DNA of 63,506 bases, filler included. It is 6 parts of 6 records of this genome, joined end to end, with 100 filler letters (N's around TTAATTAATTAA, not from the genome) between each part and the next. Parts side by side here need not be neighbours in the genome. Positions count along the whole stretch, not along the records: positions 15,490 to 25,037 come from SRR2962707_1616; positions 25,138 to 45,039 come from SRR2962707_1623; 4 more parts are not named here. One strand, 5' to 3'. Below the pieces are notes generated by a model. That model was given only the letters and a program-made list of their open reading frames with translations. It had not been told where the DNA came from and ran no database searches. Positions 18,901 through 31,400 of the stretch are shown here, in pieces. The first letter of the stretch is position 1. Each line of letters begins with the position of its first letter. The position numbers were made by a program, and so were the translations under genes.

Positions 18901-20847
18901 AGCAGTTGCAGCACAGTTGTCGCATCGGCAACGAGCGTCTGTGGAAGCTTTGCTGAAACATCTCACCAAAGCAGACTACGACATTTTGCAGGTCAGCGTC
19001 TGCGTGTTAATTTTTCTGCGAGGTACCCTTGTGTCTCTATATCTACCAACCTGAACGTGCGCTACCGTTGTGTTCTCATGTTTGGTCTCAGCATTGTGTG
19101 CATAAGATGATAGAGCCAGCAACGCGGCGAGCGTATGCCCAAAACTCGCACAGCCCACGTGGTCGAGAAAAAGTGATTCATTCCGGTGAACAGCGGACAC
19201 AGCCAGTGTTGGGGCCAGATCAACTCAATGCGGTCCTTCAGTGAGTGCTTGTTGTCGTTGTCGTCGTCGTTGTCGCCGCCGCCGCCGCCGTCGCTATTGT
19301 TGTTGTTGTTGTTGTTGGCGCTCACTTCATAGCACGTTTCTACTGATAGGTATGTACAGCAGACGGTCGACGGCATCAACAAAGTCGCAAAGAGTGTTCA
19401 GGCTCGTGCGGCCCTCGACGGTCCGCGGTCACCTGCGTCATCACGAGTTCAAACTCCAAGCCCCAACTCCACATCCATGTTCAACCAGCAACACGGACAA
19501 GCATCCTTTCCCCACGGCGACAATGATGCTGATACACCGCACTCGACCTCAAGTTCTGAGAGAGTTCAAAGTCCAGGCACTGGATTGAAGTCGTCTCCGT
19601 CGTTCATTCTTCAAAATCTCGACGTTTTAACAGATATGATCGCTGCTGATGTGGTGGAGTCTTCACTGTTACACTCAGCGGCAAAGATGGTCGTTGACGC
19701 GCAGGGTCTGCACCCCTCTTCATCCAATCGAGCACACGATAGCAGCACCGGCGGGTTACGGAGGCTGCTTTTTGACATGTCTCAACTAGAAGAGAGCGAG
19801 AAGCGGCTGGCGCAGCGCTGGGGTACGCCGCTGCGCGTTGTCATCTGCCGTGCGTGTCAGCTCTTACGTAAGATAGTATGCATGTTACTTTTTAATGATG
19901 GGCCTTTGGGAACCAGGATTTGACAGATCGTTTCGGGAAGGAGGACTACCCATTGAAACACGAAGGCATGCACATGGTTTTGACCAGCCACACAGCGAAG
20001 ATCGTGGTTCAGCAACGCAAGTCCTGCGCAAGCTTGAGAACGCAGGACTGGTCCCAACCGTTTCTCGTGCACTCCCTGATGGGACAATGTACGTGAGCTG
20101 CGTTGCTCTTTTTCCGTCTGACACCGTTTGATTATTGCAGATGAATCACGAGCGTGAATTTGGTGTTCATTGCAGCACGGCTTTTCCGGAGCACTGGGAA
20201 GCAGAGCTCGAAGCGCGACAGGCAGCGGAGGTTTTGGTAGGCTCTGGGCCACATTTCGAATGCAGTGGTTGCCGTTTTCGTCAGTCCCGCTTACTCCCGG
20301 TTGCTGGGTGGTCGTCATTTGTGTCAGGCGCAAGAAGAAGACAAATCGATGGCGCGCATTTTGCACCATGTTCGCCAGTACAAACGTGCCAAGGTGTGGA
20401 GAATGAACCGAGGGTATTTTTGTCTGAAAACTGTGCTGTGTGTAGATCGTGCTCACAATCGCGACGTTGTGGCATTTTACAAGGTCGGGTTGCCAACTCC
20501 GAGCAGTAGTTTGAGCCGCCAGGCCTACAACGCCATTTTTAAACCAGACGCAAATATGGATGATTTCGACGGCGATGCACAACAGTCTGACGGCGAAAAC
20601 CAACATCACCAACGTCCACTGCAACTGGCGGACGTGCTTTTGAGGTTCGTTCACTTTTTCGAATTTTCGTTTGTTGTCAACCCCTTTTTTCGGGTCACCA
20701 ATAATCGTTCGTGTTGGCCTGCGCTGCAGACCCGAGTTGTTGGAGCATTTGTCTGGTCAAATTTTGGAGGAGATCTTGGCGGAAAATGCTGAAGAAGTTG
20801 CAATTTTAATGGATGACATGACAACAAGCGTCATCGAGACATTATGA
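15993..20847 (+). CDS. Spliced eukaryotic gene with an EF-hand pair (approximate model, may be more than one gene)
   Basis: ATG 15993; GT donor near 16688; EF loops DADGSGSLDAEEF (18198) and DASSNGRMEATEF (18318); last exon PELLEHLSGQILEEILAENAEEVAILMDDMTTSVIETL ends at TGA 20845-20847. Confidence 0.55.
19250..19320 (+). repeat. Trinucleotide microsatellite (GTC/GCC/GTT)n, probably intronic
   Basis: Directly visible. Confidence 0.85.
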
Positions 20848-20920
20848 TTCTCGCGCTTTCGTAACGCGGAGGATTTTCAAACTCGCTTGATGGTAATATT
20901 TACACCCAAGAAATCGCTGT

Positions 20921-23900
20921 CTAGGCGCTGACTGTTTGCGATTCGCTAACATGTACTGGCTCACTGTGTGAAATGTTTTTAGCCCGTGATGGCACCACTT
21001 TGATGCTGCCTTTTCTCTGCTTTTTCAAGCAGTGAGTTGTAACTGCTGCAACGATGGCAAGCGCACTGATGCACCCAACAACCGCACCAGCGACGACAAA
21101 ATCGCTTATCGTTTCTGAGCTTCCGGGTTCGCCGCCAGCATCCAACCCCGAACTTCTGTTCGAAGGGGGGGTAGTGGATGTTGCAGACGGACTTGTGGTT
21201 CCCAGTGAATCAGATGACGCGGGCACGCCTGAAGCAGAGTTGACGTCATAGGCAGCCGTAGACCTTTCCGGATGGTTGGAATAGTTTGAAGAAAGGAGTG
21301 GTGCTGTTGATTCTGAAAGGTCCGGGTCTGAAATTTGTGAAGTGGTCCGGAACCGCGAGGTGGCGTCGACTGAAGCGTTTCCCATCCAATCCGTGCTGCG
21401 TCGCTCGCGAATAGTCGTTAAGCTCCGGGTGGTCGGTGGCTTGTGCCTTCCAGCAGTAGAGAAGGTCTGCCAACTCGTCGAAGGCTCTTGTTGAGCCGGC
21501 ACCGAATTTGTTTGAGATACAGGCAGCGGCATAGTGGCCGTGGAGTGGCCGACGATGGCGGTTTCACTGTTCGTGCTGGCTTTGGTCCCGGCATCCGTTG
21601 TGGTGGGGCGTTGAGAACCCAAACTCGGCATTGATGTGTACGCTGAAGTCCAGTGCACCCCTGGCGTTTCAGTTGATGCTGGCCCAGCCACTAAAGTAGA
21701 CGCAACAGCCACATCGCCTGTGTACGCAGTGTTGCGCAAGCGGGTTAAAGAATCGCTTGCAAATTCATCGAGTCCAATTGACGTCAGTGAGGACGTCGTT
21801 TCCGACGTTTGCGAAGTCGGCAACTCGCTTGCAATGCCCACAGGTGTTGATCGAAAATTTGTCTGCGATGGCAATGCATTGCTCGCGTCAACTGTCGCTC
21901 TGGTGTTCAGAGCGGACGAGACTGCTTTTCTACCTGCAGCTGTCGAACCGATTTCAGTAACCGGAGCAGTGAACTGCGTAATTTCAGTACGCAGCGCTGC
22001 AGACGTAGGTACCGTTTGCAGGGCGCTTGTCGTCGGTCCCAGTGTCGGCGGCACACTTGCGTTGTTGCTGTCCCGCGTCGAGTGCACGTAGCTGATAGAT
22101 GCGGTCGTTGAAACAGCTTGCATTCTCGTGGATGGAACCGCCCTCGAATTTGTGCTCGACGGAGAGTTATTAACGACCGGTGAATTCTGATAAGTGCTGA
22201 CATCACTGGTTGCAGAAAATGTGGTGCCGAACGCTTCGACTGGAGCGTAAATAGGATTCTGCGTTTTGAATTCGTCACGAAGCTGTAGAGCATCCGCTGC
22301 GTGGGCTTCAGCCACTAGCACCGCACCCTCATACCTTTTTGGACAAACGTCAGCAAAATGATACGTGACAGGCTGAAACAGTGATCGGCCAAGTTTTCGA
22401 CGAAAAGTCGTGCACGTACCCGCCAAGTGAAATGTTGGTGATGCATGGACCAAGGGAACCATCGAGCCTAACTCTTCGGTACGTCTGGTTCAATTGGACG
22501 GTCAATTTGGCAGCCGCTAAGAACGACGCACTGTTTCCAAAAGTCGAGACACGAAGCACAACGAGGCCTTTGGTGAAGTTCCTTGCCTGCGTGACCAACA
22601 ATGCTTTTTGGTTTCAATGTGTGTTCACACAGCAATCCCTCAATGTCTACAGAAGAGGGGTGGCTCAAACTTACCAAAACACAGTCACTGGGCGATTTAA
22701 TTGTTGATGTGATGAAGTCGCTGCGATACAAATAGAACACGTAGGAAGGGACGACAGGCACCTCCCCAGATGGCCCGCCGACAGTTCCTAGCTCTGCATG
22801 TCTGAGCACAGACTCGCGGGTTGAGCCAATGGATGTATAGCCTGATAGCGGTGTCGACGTACTTGTTTGATACTCCATGAACTCTCGGCTAGTCATACGA
22901 CGGAAAATGTGTCAATGACATGCAATCATCACACATTCAGTCGCCTTGCCACAATCCAAGCCACACACCTGTCTACATCTGAGGGAGGGGCGGGGACTCC
23001 AATATCAATTTTCATCATTTCTGTGGGTTGATAGGCCATGTTCAGGGGCACGCCATCCACCCAAAAGTTGTGAGATTCTGAATTTGCACTGCCATACCTG
23101 CCAGAGCGGCAACACCGATTCAACACAAGCTGCGCAGACTTGTTGTAGAGTGCTGTCCACCGCAAGGGAACGGAGACCACTCACAGAAAGCTGTTTCCCC
23201 AAAACTCTACAAACGTGCGATTAGGCACATGCAGCAGATATGCTTGGACCAACGACGTTTCGAGATCAGCGTCCCAACTCTCACGACTGTTATTAACTTC
23301 ATTTCGAGACGTCCACGTCAACTGTGCTTGCAACAAAATATCTTTGCCAGCCGCGGCGAGCGCAAAAGTGTTCCAGAGCTTTTGGAAACCAATGTACCCA
23401 GTCATGCCGTACCTGCAAAACAACCAAGTTGGGCTGGTGAATCAAGTATTCGCGCCCGCACAACATTTTAAACACGTCGAAAGCGCTAAAGTACGGAACG
23501 AACAAAGGCCGAAGCAGGTCCTCACAAATAAATGCACGCATGTTGGCGGCCACGACACGGCGTTGGTGGGTCTTATACCTGCACATGTTATTGTCGAGTA
23601 ACGTATCACGTCATGTGCAAGCGTGGGTTGGGGCAAAAAAAAGAAAAAAAAAGAAAAAAAGCACTTGGTCGATTAGGAACACCGACGCACAAAGTCTCAG
23701 CTCCAACGTTTGCAGTGATCCAGCGGCTTCCAGTGAACTGCCCAATATGATCTAATAGCATCGTGAAACCGTCTGTAAATGCAAAGTTGTACCTTTTGAC
23801 ACCAAACAGCAGCCGCCAAAAGCAGCAACAAAGGTTACAACAAAGTAAAACGTGCAAGGCAGTGCATTGGAAGTTATTACAAGGGCACGAACTCTACGCT

Positions 23901-25001
23901 CTGCATCCGTCGGTCCACAAAGTTGCTTTCGAATCCGTACGCAGCAACATCTCGTGATGCGTTGCCACCATGAATCACCTTGAATTGATGCGGACCAACA
24001 AGTTTGAACAAATCGTCGTTGTATGCACCAGCCAGGCCGAGCCTGGCCCACTCATCGCGCGTGTACCTGCGGAATATTGACATCGCTCGGTTATACCAGC
24101 CGCGGAAATGCAAAGCTCAATCACAGCGCAAGGTCGAAAACGCACTCTGCAACCCAGTCACGCAAAAGGGGGTCCCAAACGTTGCGAATGCACCAAGCTG
24201 AGTGAGCCGACCACATTTGGCCCAGAGGGGCAGCACGAGCTTCATGCCTCATTCGCGCGCTTGCTTGTGCAAAGGGCCGACGTGCAAACTCCACATCGTC
24301 AACATAGCCATCTCCATTCGCGTCATTCTGTGGATTCCAACCCGGAATCTGTAATGTTCGGTGCAAGAAATGTACAGAAAATGCCTTCACAAAACACCTT
24401 TTTGTCGGGCAGCTTTGACATGCCCATTGAAACAACAGTCACACAAAGGGTACGCACAATCATAAACGGGCTGTTCTTTAAGCCTCTGCCAAATGTTGCA
24501 TTTTGGTACGACGGGTATACAGAGGATGTGTTGAATACGGGCGCAATCCAGCGGCGGTGGGTCACATCATCGACGAGGGGAGCGTTGCACTGGTTTTCGT
24601 CGGAAGTCCATTGAAGTTTTACCGCAAACACCAAGCCGGACTCTGCAAGAAGATCAGTCCTTCCAAAAACTTGCCCTCCATTGTATGTGTGTGTCCCATC
24701 ATTCAACGTTGCAATGTACCAGTCTGCTGGCACATTCCAGTGTACTCGAACGGGCTGAACCGTGTTGTTTGACACTTTGACTTGGGAACCGAGCATCGAC
24801 CAGTTCTTCGCCCTCCTTCGATCCGTACTCACAGAAGATACATACCATGCAGTGAGCGTGCCGTTACACCACATATGCGTCGATGATGAATTTCTCAAGT
24901 CAACTTGAAGAGCGTCAAAGCGCTCGCTCGACAACACAAACAATGCACCGCCATCGGCCACGCCAGAAAAGACGTTCGCGGCCCACGGTGGCGGTTGGTA
25001 C
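20921..25001 (-). CDS. Spliced type-I membrane protein: putative glycoside-hydrolase-like domain, Ser/Thr stalk and TM helix (5' truncated)
   Basis: Exons DANGDGYVDDVEF, GLAGAYNDDLF, RNFTKGLVVLR...TVQLNQTYRRV; long Ser/Thr-rich stretch; TM FVVAGAVVGCISALAIVAAV followed by KKQRK. Confidence 0.6.
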
Positions 25002-25037
25002 CTGCGCAATAAGGGGGGGGGGGGGGGGGGGGGGGAA

Positions 25038-25137
25038 NNNNNNNNNNNNNNNNNNNNNNNNNNNNNNNNNNNNNNNNNNNNTTAATTAATTAANNNNNNN
25101 NNNNNNNNNNNNNNNNNNNNNNNNNNNNNNNNNNNNN
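25038..25137. other. Artificial contig spacer
   Basis: N44-TTAATTAATTAA-N44. Confidence 0.99.
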
Positions 25138-25436
25138 CCCCCCCCCCCCCCCCCCTCTCTCTCTCCTAGGCCAGCGTTGTTTCGGTTTTGGTCTTTCTGC
25201 GCGGTTCTTTTTTCTGGAACTCGGCAGGGCGACGCTTCACGGTATCCCCTCCCGGTGGGCTCACGGGCGCCCCTGGCTCACCTGGAAGGACTCTCAGCTG
25301 TCATGAGAGAGAAATGCAAGAGTTCTTGTCGGGCTTCGCATTGGAAGGATAACTTCGGACTGGAGTGATGGGTAGAAGTTGTTGCCGCTGCTGTTGTTGA
25401 GGCTGTTGCTGGAGTGACCGGCGACAGTTCGTGACA

Positions 25437-28400
25437 ATGCTGAGGTACGGCGATGTTGTGACGCTACGTTTCGAATCGTTCGTTGGCAATGACATCAACC
25501 CGCATTCATGGGCTCGACGCCTCCGGCTTGCCAAGGCGAGCCAAGATAACACGCCCCTATCGCCGCGTGTTGCTGCTCCCGAGTCGAGGAATGAGTCGTC
25601 GCTTCGTGAAGTGCGCGCAGCCTTCGCTCGGGCCGGCCCAAGCGAGGGAGTTGTCTGCTCAACAGACAAGATTCACAATCATGAGTGCTATTTGTGTCAT
25701 GCAGACGACCCAGCAGTGCTCCGCCAATCAGACAGAAGGAAGTGCCTTTTCCAGTTGATACCACAGCTCAGCTACACCGCGAAGGCAGAGTTGCAGCGAG
25801 CGCTCGACCGTGTCGCTGTGCCTCGGCACCGGGGGGCGAGCAGCAGTGGACACGCTGCAAGGACTAAAACACGAAGGGTCACAGCTGAGCACAGTAACGC
25901 AGAGCGCCCCCGCTCTGCAAGTCAAGAAAATTCCCTGAGTCGCAAAAGCTCAAGTTTTTTGCTTCGTCGCCGCTCGGTGACAAACTTGGGAAGGATTTTG
26001 TCGACGGATGGCGACGAGCCCGGTGCGTATTGGTCATTGCAAGACCTGGCTGTGTATTTGCTATTGACCGACGGAGTCATGGGTTTGAAACTTCTTCGTG
26101 GGTTGGGCGCTCGGAGAAAGCCGGACGTACAGATTTTTGAAGAAGTGTCACTTGCTGCTCTTCACTTTGCCGCTGTCAGGTGCGGGTCGCGCTGCGCCAA
26201 GTGAGCCGGAAGATGCTAGCGTTGAACGACTTGACGACTTGCGCGAGGCGTTGGAGCTTGAAGAAAAACAGAATTTGGCCACTCAGCAAAAGCATTTTGG
26301 CCGTCCAGTCGTATATGGCGGAATTACGCAGCTACGACATGTGTCAACGGGCAAATATCTCACGCTTGACGCGCGGCAGGTGAGTCAACAGGCTTGCATG
26401 CATCACTGAATGACTAAATGGGGATTACTTGGTTTGGATTTCGACTGTCAAAGTTGTTCATTTATTTTTCTCGATCCTGTGTGTTGTGTAGGTGGCTGAT
26501 GCAGAGCACGACTGCCTGAAGGTTTTCCTTGCAGAATCTGGCTCTCCAAGTTCCTGGTTGGAACTGCAAGCCCCGTGCGTTGGTTGCCCTGACCACTCAG
26601 CATTCTACGACTCGCCTGGCGGTGGGGGCAATGAGCTGAGGTTTTTTTTTTTTTTTTGATGAAAATAGGTACAGCGTGTGGGACGAAGGTGCACTCATTG
26701 AAACAGACAGTGCAGTGAAACTTCGCTTTCGCGACTTTAAGCAGAACTTCCTGCATTGTGGAGTGGTTGGCGAGGTGAACGCTTCTGCTGCCGGATCGCT
26801 TTTTCAAATTCACCGATTTCAGGCGTTCGCGCCACACAGTGCCCAGATGCTACAGGTTGGATCTGTGGTGCGACTCGTTCACCCCCAGACTTCGCGGTAG
26901 GCTCCTGCTTTAGAGTCACGGACTGGCAGGTCGAAACAGTCAGCTGCAACCTCTCATTTTTGCCTTTTTCCCATTTGGTGTGCTGCAACGGAAGGTACTT
27001 GATTTATGACCATATTTCATCAGCGTATGAAGCTGCTCGTGCCCATGCGTCGGAGGCGGAGGCGCTGGCCGATGCCGCGTCAGAGAATTTGCCCACATTG
27101 CAAAATATTGCCTTGGAGTCAGTTGATGCCCCACATTTTAACGCTTCATGCTCATTGTGGATCGTTGAAACAAACTCGTTCGAGACCGCGGCCGCACGTT
27201 GGACAGACAAGTACGTGCAGCTGTACAGCAGCGTTCAGCGTTCAGCTCGTTGTACAGTGCCCTTGTTACTACTTTCGCATTTCGTTTTTTGCCCTCAATT
27301 TGTGGCTTTGGTCTGCGTTGGATTTTTTACTTCCATTGTGGTGGCTTTCCCTTTGTTCTTGTCGAAGGTTTTTTTTGCGACATTTGAACACACATAAACT
27401 GCTCGGCATTTCGCCACGTGGGGAGCTGTTTGTAGGGGACGGTTTTCGTTTTGATACTCGCGATTTTGAGGTGCGCATCACCTTCGTCTCTGCTTTTCTT
27501 GACAATTTTATATTCGGTGTGCCTCTACTTCCATCGATTCACCCACTTGACTGTGCTGTTTGTAGCTTTCCATTTCCGCAGTTTCTCGCGCTATCGATGC
27601 GAAAGGGAGCGGGGGATTTATTGAATTGTCTGAGGGATTTCTCCTTGGGAGAAAAGTTTTAGCAGCAGAGCACGCCGCAGAGATGTTTCATCGCGCGCCT
27701 GAAACGGTTGCCTCGACCGCTGCTGACGATGTTGTCGAGGCCATGAGTGAGAGCGGAGGTACCTGCTCTGCCAGTGCAAATGTGGTCTCTAGCGACAATG
27801 ATCACATCATTTCGCCACCAGCAAAGGAAAAAGTGTCGACCAAGTTTTCTTCCGTTCTCGCGTCCCGATTCAAGTCTTCCTCACCTTCACAGTCGGTCGA
27901 GTTCCTGAAAAGTCAACTACGCCAGAAATTTGGTCTGCTGGTGGAGCAAGGTGAGAGTACTCGAATACCCAGTAATGGTCATAGGGCCGAGACAATATTT
28001 CAAGACACCCATTTTTGGGTGCATTGTCCATCTCTCGCGATAGCGGCTCCAAAAATTTCGGGCTTGCGTGAAGCAGCGGAAAAGGGCAGTCACAATGAAC
28101 ACATCGGGGCCAGTGAATCAGATTCCGATTCAGACTCGGCTTCCGATTCCAGCTTTGATGTTGATGAGTTTGTGGACATGGCTCTCTCTGCGCAAGGCGT
28201 GCAAGGTGACCGTAAACGACTGCACAGCGGGCGCAGGAAGCATCAGCGAAATGGTAACAGACGCAGTGCTGCGTCCAAGACCCATGCTCGCGCTGGCAGT
28301 GTTCCCAGTTCACCACTGTACGAACAACCGCTGAGTTTGGGGTCAACGTCGGCTCGTGATCTACGTGACTCGTTTCGATTTGAGCTGGTTCGGATGGAAG

Positions 28401-31400
28401 AAGTTTATCGTAGGTTTTTCTGCTGCTCTGCCTTGTTTGCTGCTGTCGCAGTCTTTGGGTTGTTAAGCGATTTTTACGTGACATGTGCAGGAACGGACGA
28501 AGCGTTGGGTGACATCAAACGATTTCGCACATTGGCCAGATCTTTTTACAAAACCAGTTTGACACCTGCCAATGACCCCGATACCAGCGGAGACAAGAGT
28601 ACAGGCAGCACACAGGCAGCACATTTGCCGGCGCAACAATGGCTTGCTGAAGTTCTTGATGTTGTTGGATCACTTATTTTCTTCTGCACCGATTTGCCTC
28701 AAGCAACTCAAACAAGACTCCATGCCATGCATGGCTTCATCCAAAAGGCAGAGTTTTTGTTGTTGTTGAAAAAAGCCCAAAGTACTTCGACGGCAACGGC
28801 CCAGCCCAATGTGAAGAACCAAAAGCTCGTGCGGGAGCAAGGTGGCATTGGCATAACATTTTGGGTTCTTGAGCAACTGACCGCACTGTTGGACGGCAGC
28901 AGTGTGTCTGCATCCAAAAATGATACCTCAACATCACCCAAACAATCTTCCACTTCAGCTGTCGATTCGGCACAAAGGGTTCACACAAACACCACAGATG
29001 CTCGGGTGGACAGTCGGCACACCTCGCATTCTCGATGGATGAAAGTGAAGCAGTCTGCCCGCACACATACGATGGAAGCCATTGCCAACATTCGAACGAC
29101 GTGTTCTCTGCTGTGCGTAATGCGCTGTGTATTCGACGTTTCTTGCGAAGCGAATCGACTGCTCATGATTGGCTCGACAAAGCATCAAACTCTACTGACC
29201 ACCGTTCTTGGTTTGGTATCGTAGGTATTTTTTTCTGAGCTGTACAATTGCCGGCAATCCGTTGAATCAGCAAAAGGCGGCCGAGTGGATGGACGACATG
29301 ATTAAGCATGTTTTGCTTGAAGTGGGAGCAGCTGATTGCCTCACTAGGATGTTGCACAACAACCGCAAACTTTTGAGCGGTCGCCTTGTGCAGGACAAAC
29401 ACGTGGACGGTTTCGTTCGCATGATTACACGTGGTGGAATAATGCCTCTGGCACTCAAGTTTCTGCAAGTTCTATGCGCCACTCAACGCGAAGGAACCTC
29501 TCTCACGTTTGATGCTGTTGGCTCCATGCAAGCCTTGGTGTGCGAGGCCCTGCGGCGGAATGAAGCTATTCACTTTCGTTTTCGACTGAAAAACAATGAG
29601 TGTGCTGGTTCGTCGTTTTGGCCCTGTTTTCAACAATGAGGAACGCGTCCGCCACGTCAGTGGTCCAATCTCACCAACTGCATCCGGCTTGCCGGCAATG
29701 ATAGGCCGTCCCGGGGTGGACGTAATTCCACCAGACCTTACGAAGTTGTACGGAGATGCTGCGCGTGTGAGCAGCGAGTCGCAGAACCTTGCGACGTCTG
29801 CAGCTGCAGTTCATTCAGACTCCGAGGAAGAGGTTCCCCTGCTTTGGCATCATTATTTTGACTCTTGACTTCGCTGAACTGCCCTTCTAACTTTTCTCTG
29901 GCTTTGTGATGCCAGGACTCGGATTTCGACAAGTTTCACACGCTTGGTTCCGACGATCTCTTGCACGACACTACTGGCGAGTTCGTTCTTCACGATATCG
30001 AGGTCACTTGGAACGCCTGGGGGCCATCCGCTGCGCATATGACACCGCAAAGCTTGTGAGTTTTAACCAGCATTGGCGCCACTGCACGTCATGCTTATGG
30101 CACGGTGTTGCCTTTCGGTGCAAGTCTTGGACAAGTAGCCCTAGTGGTATGCAATCAAATTTTCATTCATCACGGCTGTTGAATTTGTGTGTATTTCCTA
30201 GATATGGGGTGGAGTGGGTGAATCTGCGCACATTGGCAAAGCGTGCTCACGAATACAACACAATGGCTATGGAACTTCATGAACGGCAACGCAATAAGCA
30301 GCAAACGAGGCCGCGGGCTAGCACGGCTCGGCGACGTGCTCATTCCATGGGCCACCAAAATTCTTCACGTTCACAAAATCGAATGTCGTTGAATGAAAAC
30401 GTTTCTCATGTTGTCTCGAGCTCGGAGTCAGTGGGTAAAAGTTCAATTCCCGCGGCAAAAGCACACGCGGATGTGCTGAACTATTTGGTTACGTCGTTGA
30501 AGTTGTACGTGTCCTCTGCCGACAGATGCTCAATACAAATATTTTGAATGCGACTGGCTCAACTGCACAATTTTTCTTCTGAACGAATATGTCAGATACG
30601 CAACCTTGTGCATGCAGCGCAACTACACTGGCATTCTATGGCTTGAACAGCGACTTCCTTACAACATATGCCTCGCCGGTCTTGTGCACCCTCGTCACGA
30701 CCCTAACATTCGAAGGGCATTTATGAGACTCATGGTGCGATTCTGCATGCCATCGAGTTGCTTATGCCGCGCCAGCTAAAAGGCGAAGTGACAATTGTTG
30801 GCGTCAAAATCGTAGGTGCATTTATGGATTGACCGCTCACCCCAGCGCCCAGTATCTGCACCGTTCTTAACACGCCATTGGCAAAGCCAGCAAGCTCATT
30901 CTCGCAATATGGAAGTTCACATGCAAGGTGTTGGAGGTCAGCTCCACATGCTAGCTGGGCCTGCGTCTCACCAAGTGCACCGACCCAAGCCGAAGCTTCG
31001 AACTCAAAAAACGCGCTTCCGGCACCTTCGCTCGCACGCTGATCATCCTCAAAGCGTTAGTGGCGAGGCTATTGCCGACCGACCGGATCATCCAGGCCGA
31101 TTTGTGCTGTTACAAGCGTTTATCCTTCAGTGCGTGGGCCTTTTTGCGTTCATGTTTCTGCAGTATGAAAGTGTGTTGGTTCCACATTCGATGGCGATGG
31201 GCCGGAAGAGTTCTTGTTCAGTTGTATGTGGGTTTCTTGGTCTGAACATGGAGGTACTTTCGACGACTGCCAAAGACGTCAGCATCAGTTCGACACAGTA
31301 ACTCTTTGCTTTTAGCCAGACGCCGTGCCAGGAGCGGAGCCGGTGGACGCGCTGCGTCACTCATGGAACGTCAAATGCGTGTTGCAGACCAGCGCTTGAC

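Noticed and set aside
25013-25165. Poly-G and poly-C tracts flanking a spacer as an inverted repeat
   Set aside because: Homopolymers at which assembly broke, on different contigs.
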